Shown here one piece after another: positions 9,109-17,607 of a stretch of DNA of 31,975 nucleotides (the stretch's first letter is position 1; each line of letters begins with the position of its first letter). Source of the DNA: a virus. Its lineage: Duplodnaviria; Caudoviricetes. Made by a program: the position numbers and the translations under genes. The stretch covers positions 1 through 31,975 of the IMG/VR virus record IMGVR_UViG_3300032295_001031; one strand, written 5' to 3'. The notes below the pieces were generated by a model, which made no database searches, was not told the origin of the DNA, and saw only the letters and a list, made by a program, of their open reading frames with translations.

Positions 9109-9782
9109 TGTACGATATTGTTTTTATAAGTTATAACGAACCTAATGCAGATGAAAATTGGGAAAGGTTATCATCTAGGTTTCCTCTAGCTAAACGTGTG
9201 CATGGAGTTAAAGGCATTCATCAAGCACACATAGTGGCTGCAAAAAAATGTTTTACAAATATGTTTTGGGTAGTAGACGGAGATGCAGTAATACTTGATA
9301 CTTTTGATTTTAGTTATAAAACTAAATTACAAGACACAGTGCATGTTTGGCGTAGTCGTAATCCTATCAATGATCTTGAATATGGCAATGGCGGCGTAAA
9401 ACTGTTGCCTAGACATATGACTATTCGTATGGATACTAGAAAACCAGATATGACAACTAGTATTAGCACAAAATTTAAACCAGTATTAGAAGTCAGTAAC
9501 ATTACAGCATTTAACAGTGATCCGTTTAATACTTGGAAAAGTGCATTTAGAGAATGTTGCAAACTGTCTAGTAAAATAATAGACAGACAAAAAACAGATG
9601 AAACACAAAACAGATTGAATGCATGGTGTCAACTAGGTGCAGATAGGCTCTATGGAGAATATGCAATTAAAGGTGCCCTTGCCGGGGCTGAATATGGAAT
9701 TAAAAATAAAAAAAATTTAGAAGCGTTAAAATTAATCAATGACTTTGAATGGTTAGATAGTAAATTTAAGGAACAACTATGA
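9108..9782 (+). CDS. Putative glycosyltransferase-like protein (pair 2, copy B)
   Basis: Start moved from the track's TTG at 9093 to ATG at 9108 (TAATG coupling; MYDIVFISYNEPNA aligns with the paralog). Motifs FWVVDGDA (DxD), YGNGGVK and TWKSAFRE. Confidence 0.6.
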   Translation: MYDIVFISYNEPNADENWERLSSRFPLAKRVHGVKGIHQAHIVAAKKCFTNMFWVVDGDAVILDTFDFSYKTKLQDTVHVWRSRNPINDLEYGNGGVKLLPRHMTIRMDTRKPDMTTSISTKFKPVLEVSNITAFNSDPFNTWKSAFRECCKLSSKIIDRQKTDETQNRLNAWCQLGADRLYGEYAIKGALAGAEYGIKNKKNLEALKLINDFEWLDSKFKEQL

Positions 9783-10609
9783 AAGAATCTTCCGGTGTAC
9801 GAGAAGTATTCTTTGGTTTAGAAGAATACTTAAAATTTAAAAATAATGATGAAGGGACAGAGTTTCTTAGAGAATTTGTTAAAATTCTCGACAGCGAGGA
9901 CATACAAACTGCAATTCTTGAATATTGTATCAAGAATTTAAATGAACAAAACACTACAGATAAAATTTTTAGAAGTATATTTGATTATAAAAAGAAGGTA
10001 AATGATACTCACATTTATGATGCATTTAGCAGGAGCCAAATTAAAAGTAAAGTTTGGTTAATTGAAGAACTAGCAAGGATTAACGATCACTATGATAACG
10101 TAGTTGTTCTTGCTGGGTGGTACGGCCAATTAAAATCTATTTACGAACAAAGATTAACATATCGAAAGTTACGAAATGTTGAATTAGATAAAGCCGCATG
10201 TAATGCTAGCGATTATATTTTTAACATTGCAAATTTAGAAAACCATAAAGTAAAAGCAGTTCATGCAAATATCAATGAATTAACATTGCACAAAAACGGT
10301 TATGAGTGGACAGTAGAAAACTTTAAAGAAGGTACTAGTTACAGTGAAAAGTTTCTACCCGATTTAATTGTTAATACTAGTGCAGAGCATATGTCAGAAG
10401 AATGGTTTCATCAAATTAGATTTAAGCAACTAAAATCTAACCCTATCGTTGTGATTCAAAGTAATAACATGTTTGATGGTGATGGTCACATTAATTGTGT
10501 ACATAGTATTGATCATATGAAGAAAAAGTTTCCCATGAAAGAAATATTATACGAAGGCGAATTACAATTAAAAGGGTATAAGCGAGTGATGCTTATAGGT
10601 AGACCATGA
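9779..10609 (+). CDS. Putative class I SAM-dependent methyltransferase
   Basis: Gly-containing motif I-like VVVLAGWYG, acidic end of strand 2 (NVELD), ANIN and motif IV-like DLIVNTSAEHM. ATGA overlap with the upstream gene. Confidence 0.6.
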   Translation: MKESSGVREVFFGLEEYLKFKNNDEGTEFLREFVKILDSEDIQTAILEYCIKNLNEQNTTDKIFRSIFDYKKKVNDTHIYDAFSRSQIKSKVWLIEELARINDHYDNVVVLAGWYGQLKSIYEQRLTYRKLRNVELDKAACNASDYIFNIANLENHKVKAVHANINELTLHKNGYEWTVENFKEGTSYSEKFLPDLIVNTSAEHMSEEWFHQIRFKQLKSNPIVVIQSNNMFDGDGHINCVHSIDHMKKKFPMKEILYEGELQLKGYKRVMLIGRP

Positions 10610-10824
10610 TAGATGATTTAGAACTAAGAGATCTGCAAAAAGAAGCAGCTCGAGCACTAACGGTGATGGAAGCTACAAATAATAATATCTATAAGTATAA
10701 TGTGCAAGCACATCATAATAGTCAAAATTGGTATAAGGCCGTAATTAAAGATTATGTAGAAAAATACGGAGATCTTCCTAGTCGAGCAGGTCCTGCCAAA
10801 GACATAAAATTAGTAATAGAATAG
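10606..10824 (+). CDS. Small hypothetical protein (72 aa)
   Basis: ATGA overlap, AGGT upstream, fills the gap in the operon. Confidence 0.7.
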   Translation: MIDDLELRDLQKEAARALTVMEATNNNIYKYNVQAHHNSQNWYKAVIKDYVEKYGDLPSRAGPAKDIKLVIE

Positions 10825-10825
10825 C

Positions 10826-11188
10826 ATGTTAACATTTAGTAAAAATTTAAAAATTTATCTTTTTAAAGAAAAAGACAAGGTTAGCTTTAGTGTAAAGGTC
10901 AGTGACATATGCGTTAATGAATATTATTTTTCTATTGTTGAATTTGAAGAATTTATAAGCCAATGGAATATGCCCGGGGGAATTGATAAACATTACTCTA
11001 ATGGACACTGGAGTGTTATCTACAAAAAATCAACACCTAGACCGGAAGCAGCGGCTGCAAATTATGTTAGATTAACAGTATATAAAAACGGTATAGGTAA
11101 TCATCATCGTGTAGATTATAGTGATATGTTAGAAGTTCAAAAAGATTATTTCTATCAAAAGAATAACAAAATGTATTGGGACAATTAA
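10826..11188 (+). CDS. Hypothetical protein (120 aa)
   Basis: Starts after a 1-nt gap following the previous stop; TAATG coupling to the radical SAM gene. Confidence 0.7.
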   Translation: MLTFSKNLKIYLFKEKDKVSFSVKVSDICVNEYYFSIVEFEEFISQWNMPGGIDKHYSNGHWSVIYKKSTPRPEAAAANYVRLTVYKNGIGNHHRVDYSDMLEVQKDYFYQKNNKMYWDN

Positions 11189-12360
11189 TGTTATACACAT
11201 ACGATGAAATTAAGACAGTGCATTTAGAAATTACAGATAACTGTAATGCAGCCTGTCCCATGTGTGCCCGCAATATTAATGGCGGCCAGGAAAACCCACA
11301 AGTCCCGGGTACTGAACTTTTTATAGAAGACATTAAGAAAATATTTGAACCTAGTTTTATTGCACAATTAGATCGTATGTACATGTGCGGCAATTACGGA
11401 GATCCTATTGCCGCAAGGGATACGTTAGAGGCTTTTGCCTATTTTAGAGAACACAATCCTAAAATGAATCTTAGTATGATGACAAACGGTTCTGCTAAGA
11501 AACCAGAGTGGTGGAAGATGCTTGCTCATGTATTAGGTCCTAAAGGTTATGTTACATTTAGTATTGATGGATTAGAAGATACTAATCATCTATATAGACA
11601 AAATACCGTTTGGTCTAAGATTATGGAAAATGCACAGGCATTTATAGCCGCTGGCGGACGAGCACGTTGGGACTATATTGTGTTTGCGCACAACGAGCAC
11701 CAAGTAGAATCTGCAGAAATTTTATCAAAGTCTATGGGATTTGAACGTTTTCAATTTAAAAAATCTGCTAGATTCTTTAGTAATGCTAGCGGTGTCACTA
11801 AAGAAATACACCAAGCTGCTAATCGTAAGGGTATGGCAACTACTTTATTACAAGCACCTACTAATCCTAAATATCGAAATGCTGCTTTAAAAGAACTTAG
11901 TAAGATAGCTAAATCAGAAGAATCTATTAAATTTCTTCCTAGCCAGCAAAAAGATGTAGAAGGCTACACATTTCCGCAGATCTTCCACACAGATCCTGCA
12001 AAGAAAAAACCCATGGAAAAATATTGGGACGAAGTTCCTATTAAGTGCAAAGTTGCAGAAGAAAAAAGTCTGTATGTAAGTGCAGAAGGAATTGTACAAC
12101 CTTGTTGTTGGACAGCCGGCCAAATGTATGTTTGGTACTGGACTCCTAAAGGGGGACAAATTTGGAATTTAATAGAGCAAATTGGCAAAGACAATCTTAA
12201 TGCTACTAAATCAAATTTAAAAAGTATTGTTAATGGTAAATTTATGCAGGACCTTATTCCTAATAGTTGGGGCAAAAGTAGTTGTGCAGATGGAAAACTT
12301 GCAGTTTGTGCAAAAACGTGTGGCACTAAATATGACGCATTCAGCGAGCAATTTAAATGA
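11188..12360 (+). CDS. Radical SAM enzyme 1, with C-terminal SPASM/twitch-like Cys cluster
   Basis: CX3CX2C motif CNAACPMC (11242-11265), GNYGDP, TNG and FSIDG; C-terminal KC...GIVQPCCW...VCAKTC. Start moved to ATG 11188 (TAATG coupling). Confidence 0.92.
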   Translation: MLYTYDEIKTVHLEITDNCNAACPMCARNINGGQENPQVPGTELFIEDIKKIFEPSFIAQLDRMYMCGNYGDPIAARDTLEAFAYFREHNPKMNLSMMTNGSAKKPEWWKMLAHVLGPKGYVTFSIDGLEDTNHLYRQNTVWSKIMENAQAFIAAGGRARWDYIVFAHNEHQVESAEILSKSMGFERFQFKKSARFFSNASGVTKEIHQAANRKGMATTLLQAPTNPKYRNAALKELSKIAKSEESIKFLPSQQKDVEGYTFPQIFHTDPAKKKPMEKYWDEVPIKCKVAEEKSLYVSAEGIVQPCCWTAGQMYVWYWTPKGGQIWNLIEQIGKDNLNATKSNLKSIVNGKFMQDLIPNSWGKSSCADGKLAVCAKTCGTKYDAFSEQFK

Positions 12361-13361
12361 AATCTTTAGTTAGTAAATGGGATCACAATCAAGACAATCT
12401 ATCGGATAACAAAGTATTACGAGTCAATTGGCATCTGGGAAATACCTGCACCTACAAATGTAGTTACTGTGATCCAAAACTCAACAATGGCGATAAACCC
12501 TGGATAAACATTGCTGCTGCTAAAAAAATTGTTGATGATATTATTGCTGTCTACAGAGAAAAATATAATAAAACTATTTTTATATTTGAACTAACCGGAG
12601 GAGAGCCCACAGTATATCCTGGAATTGAAGAACTTTGCAATCACATGAAGAGTCTTGGCATTTACGTACAACTCTGTACCAATGGATCTAGAACAGTAAG
12701 GTGGTGGGAAGAAAATGCAAAAAACTTTACATCAATCACCAACAGTTATCATGTGGAATTTACCGATGTTAAACATCTAACAGCAGTGTGTAATACTGTG
12801 TTAGATCAAAATGTAACAGCCAATGTACTTGTATTGTTGGATCCATTGCATTTTGATAAAGTTAAAAACGATATCGAATACATGAAAGAGTTTGGAAATT
12901 TTGGAATTGCAGTTCGAAGAGTTTACGATAGAAATCCCTTTATTACTAGAAGTTATGAATACACTCCAGAGCAACTGGATTATCTCAATGATAATGTAAT
13001 AATAAAAGAAAAAATATCTGTAGAATTCCCTCAAGAAATGCGGTATCGAACAATAATGATAAAAGACGAAACATCATTGAACGTAAATGAAAATGCTATG
13101 TTTAACACTAAGGATAATGATTTTTTAGGTTGGGATTGTTACGCCGGAATAGACACACTATCCTTGGATGTAACTGGAAATATATTACCAGCCTATTGTT
13201 ATACTGGTTACAAACAAGTAATAGGTAATTGGCTAACAGATAATCTAGCAGATTTACAATGGCCACTAGGGCCAATGAAATGTGGAGATACAAAATGCAT
13301 ATGTGTACACGATATGAGAGCACGAAAGATTAAAAATTTGAATGAAATCTTTAGTGAGTAA
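12357..13361 (+). CDS. Radical SAM enzyme 2 (subfamily B), C-terminal auxiliary Cys cluster
   Basis: CTYKCSYC, TGGEPT and TNGS; C-terminal WDCYAG...YC...KCGDTKCIC.HD. Confidence 0.92.
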   Translation: MKSLVSKWDHNQDNLSDNKVLRVNWHLGNTCTYKCSYCDPKLNNGDKPWINIAAAKKIVDDIIAVYREKYNKTIFIFELTGGEPTVYPGIEELCNHMKSLGIYVQLCTNGSRTVRWWEENAKNFTSITNSYHVEFTDVKHLTAVCNTVLDQNVTANVLVLLDPLHFDKVKNDIEYMKEFGNFGIAVRRVYDRNPFITRSYEYTPEQLDYLNDNVIIKEKISVEFPQEMRYRTIMIKDETSLNVNENAMFNTKDNDFLGWDCYAGIDTLSLDVTGNILPAYCYTGYKQVIGNWLTDNLADLQWPLGPMKCGDTKCICVHDMRARKIKNLNEIFSE

Positions 13362-13369
13362 AATGCCAG

Positions 13370-13377
13370 TATAAATA
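13370..13377 (+). promoter_or_regulatory. T4-type late promoter motif TATAAATA
   Basis: Exact T4 late consensus in the only sizeable intergenic gap (13362-13429) inside the enzyme cluster. Confidence 0.55.
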
Positions 13378-13429
13378 TGTTGTCCTTTAGATATTAAAAA
13401 ATACTTGTGACCTATAAGAAAAATTAGTA

Positions 13430-14452
13430 ATGACAAATAAAAAATATAATCAATGGTTAATGAAAGAACATAACTTTGATACTTCAACTGCTAACAGTGA
13501 TAATTATCTAAGAGTGTGTTTTCAACTAGGTAATGTATGCACTAACAATTGTGTCTATTGTCCGCCAGGATGCAAAGACGGCACGTATCCTTGGCCAACT
13601 TACGAACAAGCTGCTAGAATTATTAATAAAATTGATCAAGTATACAAATCAGCTCCTTATAACAAAAAGAAAATACAGTTTGAACTACTCGGCGGCGAAG
13701 TAACCTTATGGAAAGACATTGAAAAAATACTCGAATTAATACACTCTCTAGGTAACGATGTAGATTTAGTTACTAACGGAGTTAGAACTGTAAGATGGTG
13801 GGCAGAATACGGAAAATATTTCAGCCATGTAACTTTAAGTTTTCATCCAGAATTTGCTGAAAAAGAACATGCAACAGAAGTTTTAAACACTCTAACTGAC
13901 AATAATGTTGGCGCAGGTACATTAGTTCTAATGTTACCTAGTCATTGGGATAAATGTTTAGAAACAATAGAATACATGACAGCTCATGGAAAATGGGAAG
14001 TTGGTAGAATTAGATCTCTCACATTGATTGGACATATGGGGAAACATGATAGATGGCCATATACTGACGAACAATGGAGTTGGTTAGGAAAAAATAATGC
14101 GTTCTATCCTGTAAACGGAAAAAAAGTTCAGTATAAAGAAGGACCTCACTGGCAAGTGCCAGTTTGGAGAAATTCAGAAACTGATGAAACTTTGAGAGAA
14201 GATTTCGAAACAGTCATATCAAATAAACGAAACAATTGGTATGGTTGGAATTGTTACGTAGGGATTGATACTCTCTATTTAGAGCAAAATGGTGATATTC
14301 GAAGAGATGCTATGTGCTATTCGGCTCCTCAGTTGGGTAACTGGAAAAACGGTAATTTAGATAATATTATTTGGCCCCATGAACCTATTAAATGTAAATT
14401 TCTTTCCTGTTTTTGCACACATGATATGAAAGCAAGAAAAATTAAAATATGA
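13430..14452 (+). CDS. Radical SAM enzyme 3 (subfamily B), close paralog of enzyme 2
   Basis: CTNNCVYC, LGGEVT and TNGVRTVRWW; C-terminal WNCYVGIDTL...MC...KCKFLSCFC.HDMKARK. An in-frame stop at 13415 bounds the start. Confidence 0.92.
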   Translation: MTNKKYNQWLMKEHNFDTSTANSDNYLRVCFQLGNVCTNNCVYCPPGCKDGTYPWPTYEQAARIINKIDQVYKSAPYNKKKIQFELLGGEVTLWKDIEKILELIHSLGNDVDLVTNGVRTVRWWAEYGKYFSHVTLSFHPEFAEKEHATEVLNTLTDNNVGAGTLVLMLPSHWDKCLETIEYMTAHGKWEVGRIRSLTLIGHMGKHDRWPYTDEQWSWLGKNNAFYPVNGKKVQYKEGPHWQVPVWRNSETDETLREDFETVISNKRNNWYGWNCYVGIDTLYLEQNGDIRRDAMCYSAPQLGNWKNGNLDNIIWPHEPIKCKFLSCFCTHDMKARKIKI

Positions 14453-15087
14453 AATATTCACAGCACAACGAACAAGAAATTATATTAAATTTCTTTAATG
14501 GGCGCATTGGTCGATATTTAGATATAGGTGCATTTGATGGTGTAGAGATGAGTAACACTCTTGCTCTAGCTGAACTAGGATGGCAAGGCACTGCAATAGA
14601 AGCATCTCCTTGGGTTTTTAAAAGATTAAAAAAAAATTACGAAGAAAGAAATTTAACAACAAATGTAAACTTAATAGAGGCTGCAGTTGTTCCAAATGAT
14701 TATCCAGATCAAATGAAATTTTATGAGACTCATATGAGTCATAATTTTGAACCAGGGACCGGTGTAGGGAGTTTTTCCGTAGAACATTCATATTTTTGGG
14801 CAAACAAAAATAGCGGATCATTTTATACTACCGTACTTGAAACTACAGTAAGTACTATAAAACTGAACGATATATTTAAAGATAATGATTATACTTTTAT
14901 CAGCATGGACGTTGAAAGTTTTAACTTAGAATTAATGATTTCGTTACCATGGAATTCTTTAACAAAATTAGAAATGTTCTGTATTGAAGCAGACTTATCA
15001 TATCACCGATTTGTTAATTTTATGAAACCCCTTGGGTGGAAATTATACATACAAGAAGATGTAAATTTATTTTTTATAAGGTCGTAA
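14449..15087 (+). CDS. FkbM-family SAM-dependent methyltransferase
   Basis: YSQHNEQ, YLDIGAFDG...SNT...GWQGTAIEA, FISMDVE and CIE form the FkbM-family pattern. ATGA overlap with the upstream gene. Confidence 0.85.
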   Translation: MKYSQHNEQEIILNFFNGRIGRYLDIGAFDGVEMSNTLALAELGWQGTAIEASPWVFKRLKKNYEERNLTTNVNLIEAAVVPNDYPDQMKFYETHMSHNFEPGTGVGSFSVEHSYFWANKNSGSFYTTVLETTVSTIKLNDIFKDNDYTFISMDVESFNLELMISLPWNSLTKLEMFCIEADLSYHRFVNFMKPLGWKLYIQEDVNLFFIRS

Positions 15088-15088
15088 A

Positions 15089-16489
15089 TTGAGTTATCCT
15101 AGTAAAACATTTTGTATTCTACCTTGGGTACATTTAAGTACGAGACCAGATGGCAGCATGCGGGTATGCTGCACAGCTAATGCCAGCGGAGTAGGAGCCA
15201 GCAATGATAAAAAATTAGGTGGAGCACAAGTTGGTGTACTTAAAGACGATGAAGGTCTTCCTAGCAATCTTAACAATACAGATTTTCAAACAGCGTGGAA
15301 TAGTAATTACATGAAGAATGTACGTAAGCTGATGTTAGCAGGCGAACAACCTCCAAGCTGCACTAAATGCTACAAAGAAGAAGCAGCAGGACACAATAGC
15401 AAACGTCAATGGGAAACTGAATATTGGTCAAAACGTGTAAGCATTGACACATTAATTAATGAAACTAACGACGATGGCAGTGTTCCTCCACAGTTGGCCT
15501 ACATTGATCTGCGGTTTGGAACAAAGTGCCAACTGGCCTGTGTCATGTGCAGCCCACATGACAGCAGTGGTTGGATCAAAGATTGGCAAAAAGTATTTCC
15601 TACACTGGAAAATGAGGGAGTTAAAAAGATATGGCAATGGGACAACAAGGGCAGCATCAACGGCAGTAGTTACAATTGGCACAAACAAAATCCTGTATTC
15701 TGGCAACAATTCTATGAACAGATTCCACATATGCAACAGGTATACTTTGCTGGTGGTGAACCCCTGATCATTGACGAACATTATGAAATTCTAGAAGAGA
15801 TCATTCGGCAGGGTCGTGCTAAAGACATTGAGATACGTTATAACAGTAACGGAGTTGAATGGCGTGAAGATCTATTTGAGTTATGGAGTCATTTTAAAAT
15901 TGTACGTTTCCATTACAGTGTAGACAGTATAAGTGCTATGAACGAATACATTCGATATCCTAGCAAGTGGGAGCGTACACAAGAAGTGTTTCGCATACTC
16001 GATGAACAGACTACAGACAACGTAGAAGTTACTATTGCCTGTGCTGTTAATGCTCTAAACATATACTACATTCCAGACTTTTTAAAATGGAAACTATCTC
16101 AAAACTTTAAGAAAGTTAATATGTGGCCGTTAGGAGCAGGCGGTATCAATTATCACTTTGTCTACTGGCCTGCCTTTCTAAATGTAAAAGTATTGCCGCA
16201 ATGGTTTAAAGACGCTTGTGAGCAAAAGTATGAAGAATTTATTCCCTGGTTTGAAGAAAATTGGGAATTGTGCCTATCTGAAAAAGACAGAGGAAAAGTA
16301 AGTAAAGAACGCTGGTTAGCAAACAGCTATGGTGTTAAAAGATTACGCGGTATGATTAGCTTTATGAAAAGCGAAGATTGGAGTCAACGCTTACCGGAAA
16401 TGAAAGACTATCTAGAAAAAATAGATGCCCATAGGGGGATTTCTTTCTATGACACTTTTAAAGAAATGAAGGATATTTTTAATGGATGA
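15089..16489 (+). CDS. Radical SAM enzyme 4 (subfamily C), N-terminal twitch-like domain
   Basis: N-terminal FCILPWVHL...G.MRVCC...CTKC; core DLRFGTKCQLACVMC, FAGGEP and YIRYPSKW. TTG start with AAGG upstream, consistent with the N-termini of its paralogs. Confidence 0.92.
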   Translation: MSYPSKTFCILPWVHLSTRPDGSMRVCCTANASGVGASNDKKLGGAQVGVLKDDEGLPSNLNNTDFQTAWNSNYMKNVRKLMLAGEQPPSCTKCYKEEAAGHNSKRQWETEYWSKRVSIDTLINETNDDGSVPPQLAYIDLRFGTKCQLACVMCSPHDSSGWIKDWQKVFPTLENEGVKKIWQWDNKGSINGSSYNWHKQNPVFWQQFYEQIPHMQQVYFAGGEPLIIDEHYEILEEIIRQGRAKDIEIRYNSNGVEWREDLFELWSHFKIVRFHYSVDSISAMNEYIRYPSKWERTQEVFRILDEQTTDNVEVTIACAVNALNIYYIPDFLKWKLSQNFKKVNMWPLGAGGINYHFVYWPAFLNVKVLPQWFKDACEQKYEEFIPWFEENWELCLSEKDRGKVSKERWLANSYGVKRLRGMISFMKSEDWSQRLPEMKDYLEKIDAHRGISFYDTFKEMKDIFNG

Positions 16490-17606
16490 CAACATTTTCT
16501 GTGTAGCACCGTTTGTTAATTTAAGCACGACTAACAACGGAAAAGTTAGACTTTGCTGTCAGTCAAATACTCTAGATGACCTGCATGTGAACACACACAG
16601 TCTTGAGGACATATGGCATGGCAAAGAGTATAAACGTATACGAGGACAATTTTTAAATAACGAGTGGCCAAAAGAATGTGTTACTTGTAAAATTAATGAA
16701 GATAAAAATATCCCCAGTCGTCGAGAGTTTGAAAATCAAAAGTGGTCTCAGATAGAAAAAAAACCATATCCTACCAGTGCTATAGATTTTCCATGGGCAG
16801 TTGATCTTAGACTTGGTAATCTCTGTAATTTAAAATGTGTAATGTGTACACCGCACAACAGCAATACATGGTATGACGAATTTGAAAATTTCAAACACTT
16901 ACAGTTCTTTAAAAAAGACGAAAATGTTCGATGGCCGTTCCACGCTAGTTTTCTAGACAACTATACAGAATGGATATCAAAAGTAAAAGTATTATATTTT
17001 AGCGGTGGCGAGCCCTTGTTGTTAAAAAAACACAAAGAAATTATAGAATTTTTAATTGAACAGGATCTAGCAAAAAATATTATTCTTTGGTACGATACTA
17101 ACGGCACCTATATCGATCAAGAATGGATTGACATGTGGGCCTGCTTTGAAGAAGTTAATCTAAGTCTAAGCATTGACGGCGGCAAAGTAGTTAATGAATA
17201 TATACGATATCCTGTAAATCACGATAATCTTTTAGAAAAATACAAACTTCTTTCTACAAGACCGGAAAATATTAAAGTTAAGTTACAAATAGCAATTGGT
17301 GCTTTAAATATTTTTGAACTTCATAGCATTAGACAATATTCAAGAATGTTTAATTTCTCACTTAATTTTAATGTAAGTATTGTATTTTGGCCAACTTTTA
17401 TGACATTAGATGCACTACCTCAAAGTGTAATAGACCAGCTAGAAAATCTGTATAAAAATGATTATAATGATAGGATTAAAAATATGACTAAAAATCTTAA
17501 ACACGATCCGCAAAAACTAAAAGAACTAAAAGAATATTTGAATAAAATAGATGAATTAAGAGGGTTAGATCATAAAACCTGTTTTGAATACCTATATAAG
17601 GAGTAA
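16482..17606 (+). CDS. Radical SAM enzyme 5 (subfamily C), N-terminal twitch-like domain
   Basis: FCVAPF...GKVRLCC...CVTC; DLRLGNLCNLKCVMC; FSGGEP; DTNG; SIDG; YIRYP. Confidence 0.92.
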   Translation: MDDNIFCVAPFVNLSTTNNGKVRLCCQSNTLDDLHVNTHSLEDIWHGKEYKRIRGQFLNNEWPKECVTCKINEDKNIPSRREFENQKWSQIEKKPYPTSAIDFPWAVDLRLGNLCNLKCVMCTPHNSNTWYDEFENFKHLQFFKKDENVRWPFHASFLDNYTEWISKVKVLYFSGGEPLLLKKHKEIIEFLIEQDLAKNIILWYDTNGTYIDQEWIDMWACFEEVNLSLSIDGGKVVNEYIRYPVNHDNLLEKYKLLSTRPENIKVKLQIAIGALNIFELHSIRQYSRMFNFSLNFNVSIVFWPTFMTLDALPQSVIDQLENLYKNDYNDRIKNMTKNLKHDPQKLKELKEYLNKIDELRGLDHKTCFEYLYKE

Positions 17607-17607
17607 T

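Noticed and set aside
10822-10828. TAG stop as a hint of stop-codon reassignment
   Set aside because: The next gene starts in a different frame, and all genes give full-length proteins under the standard code.
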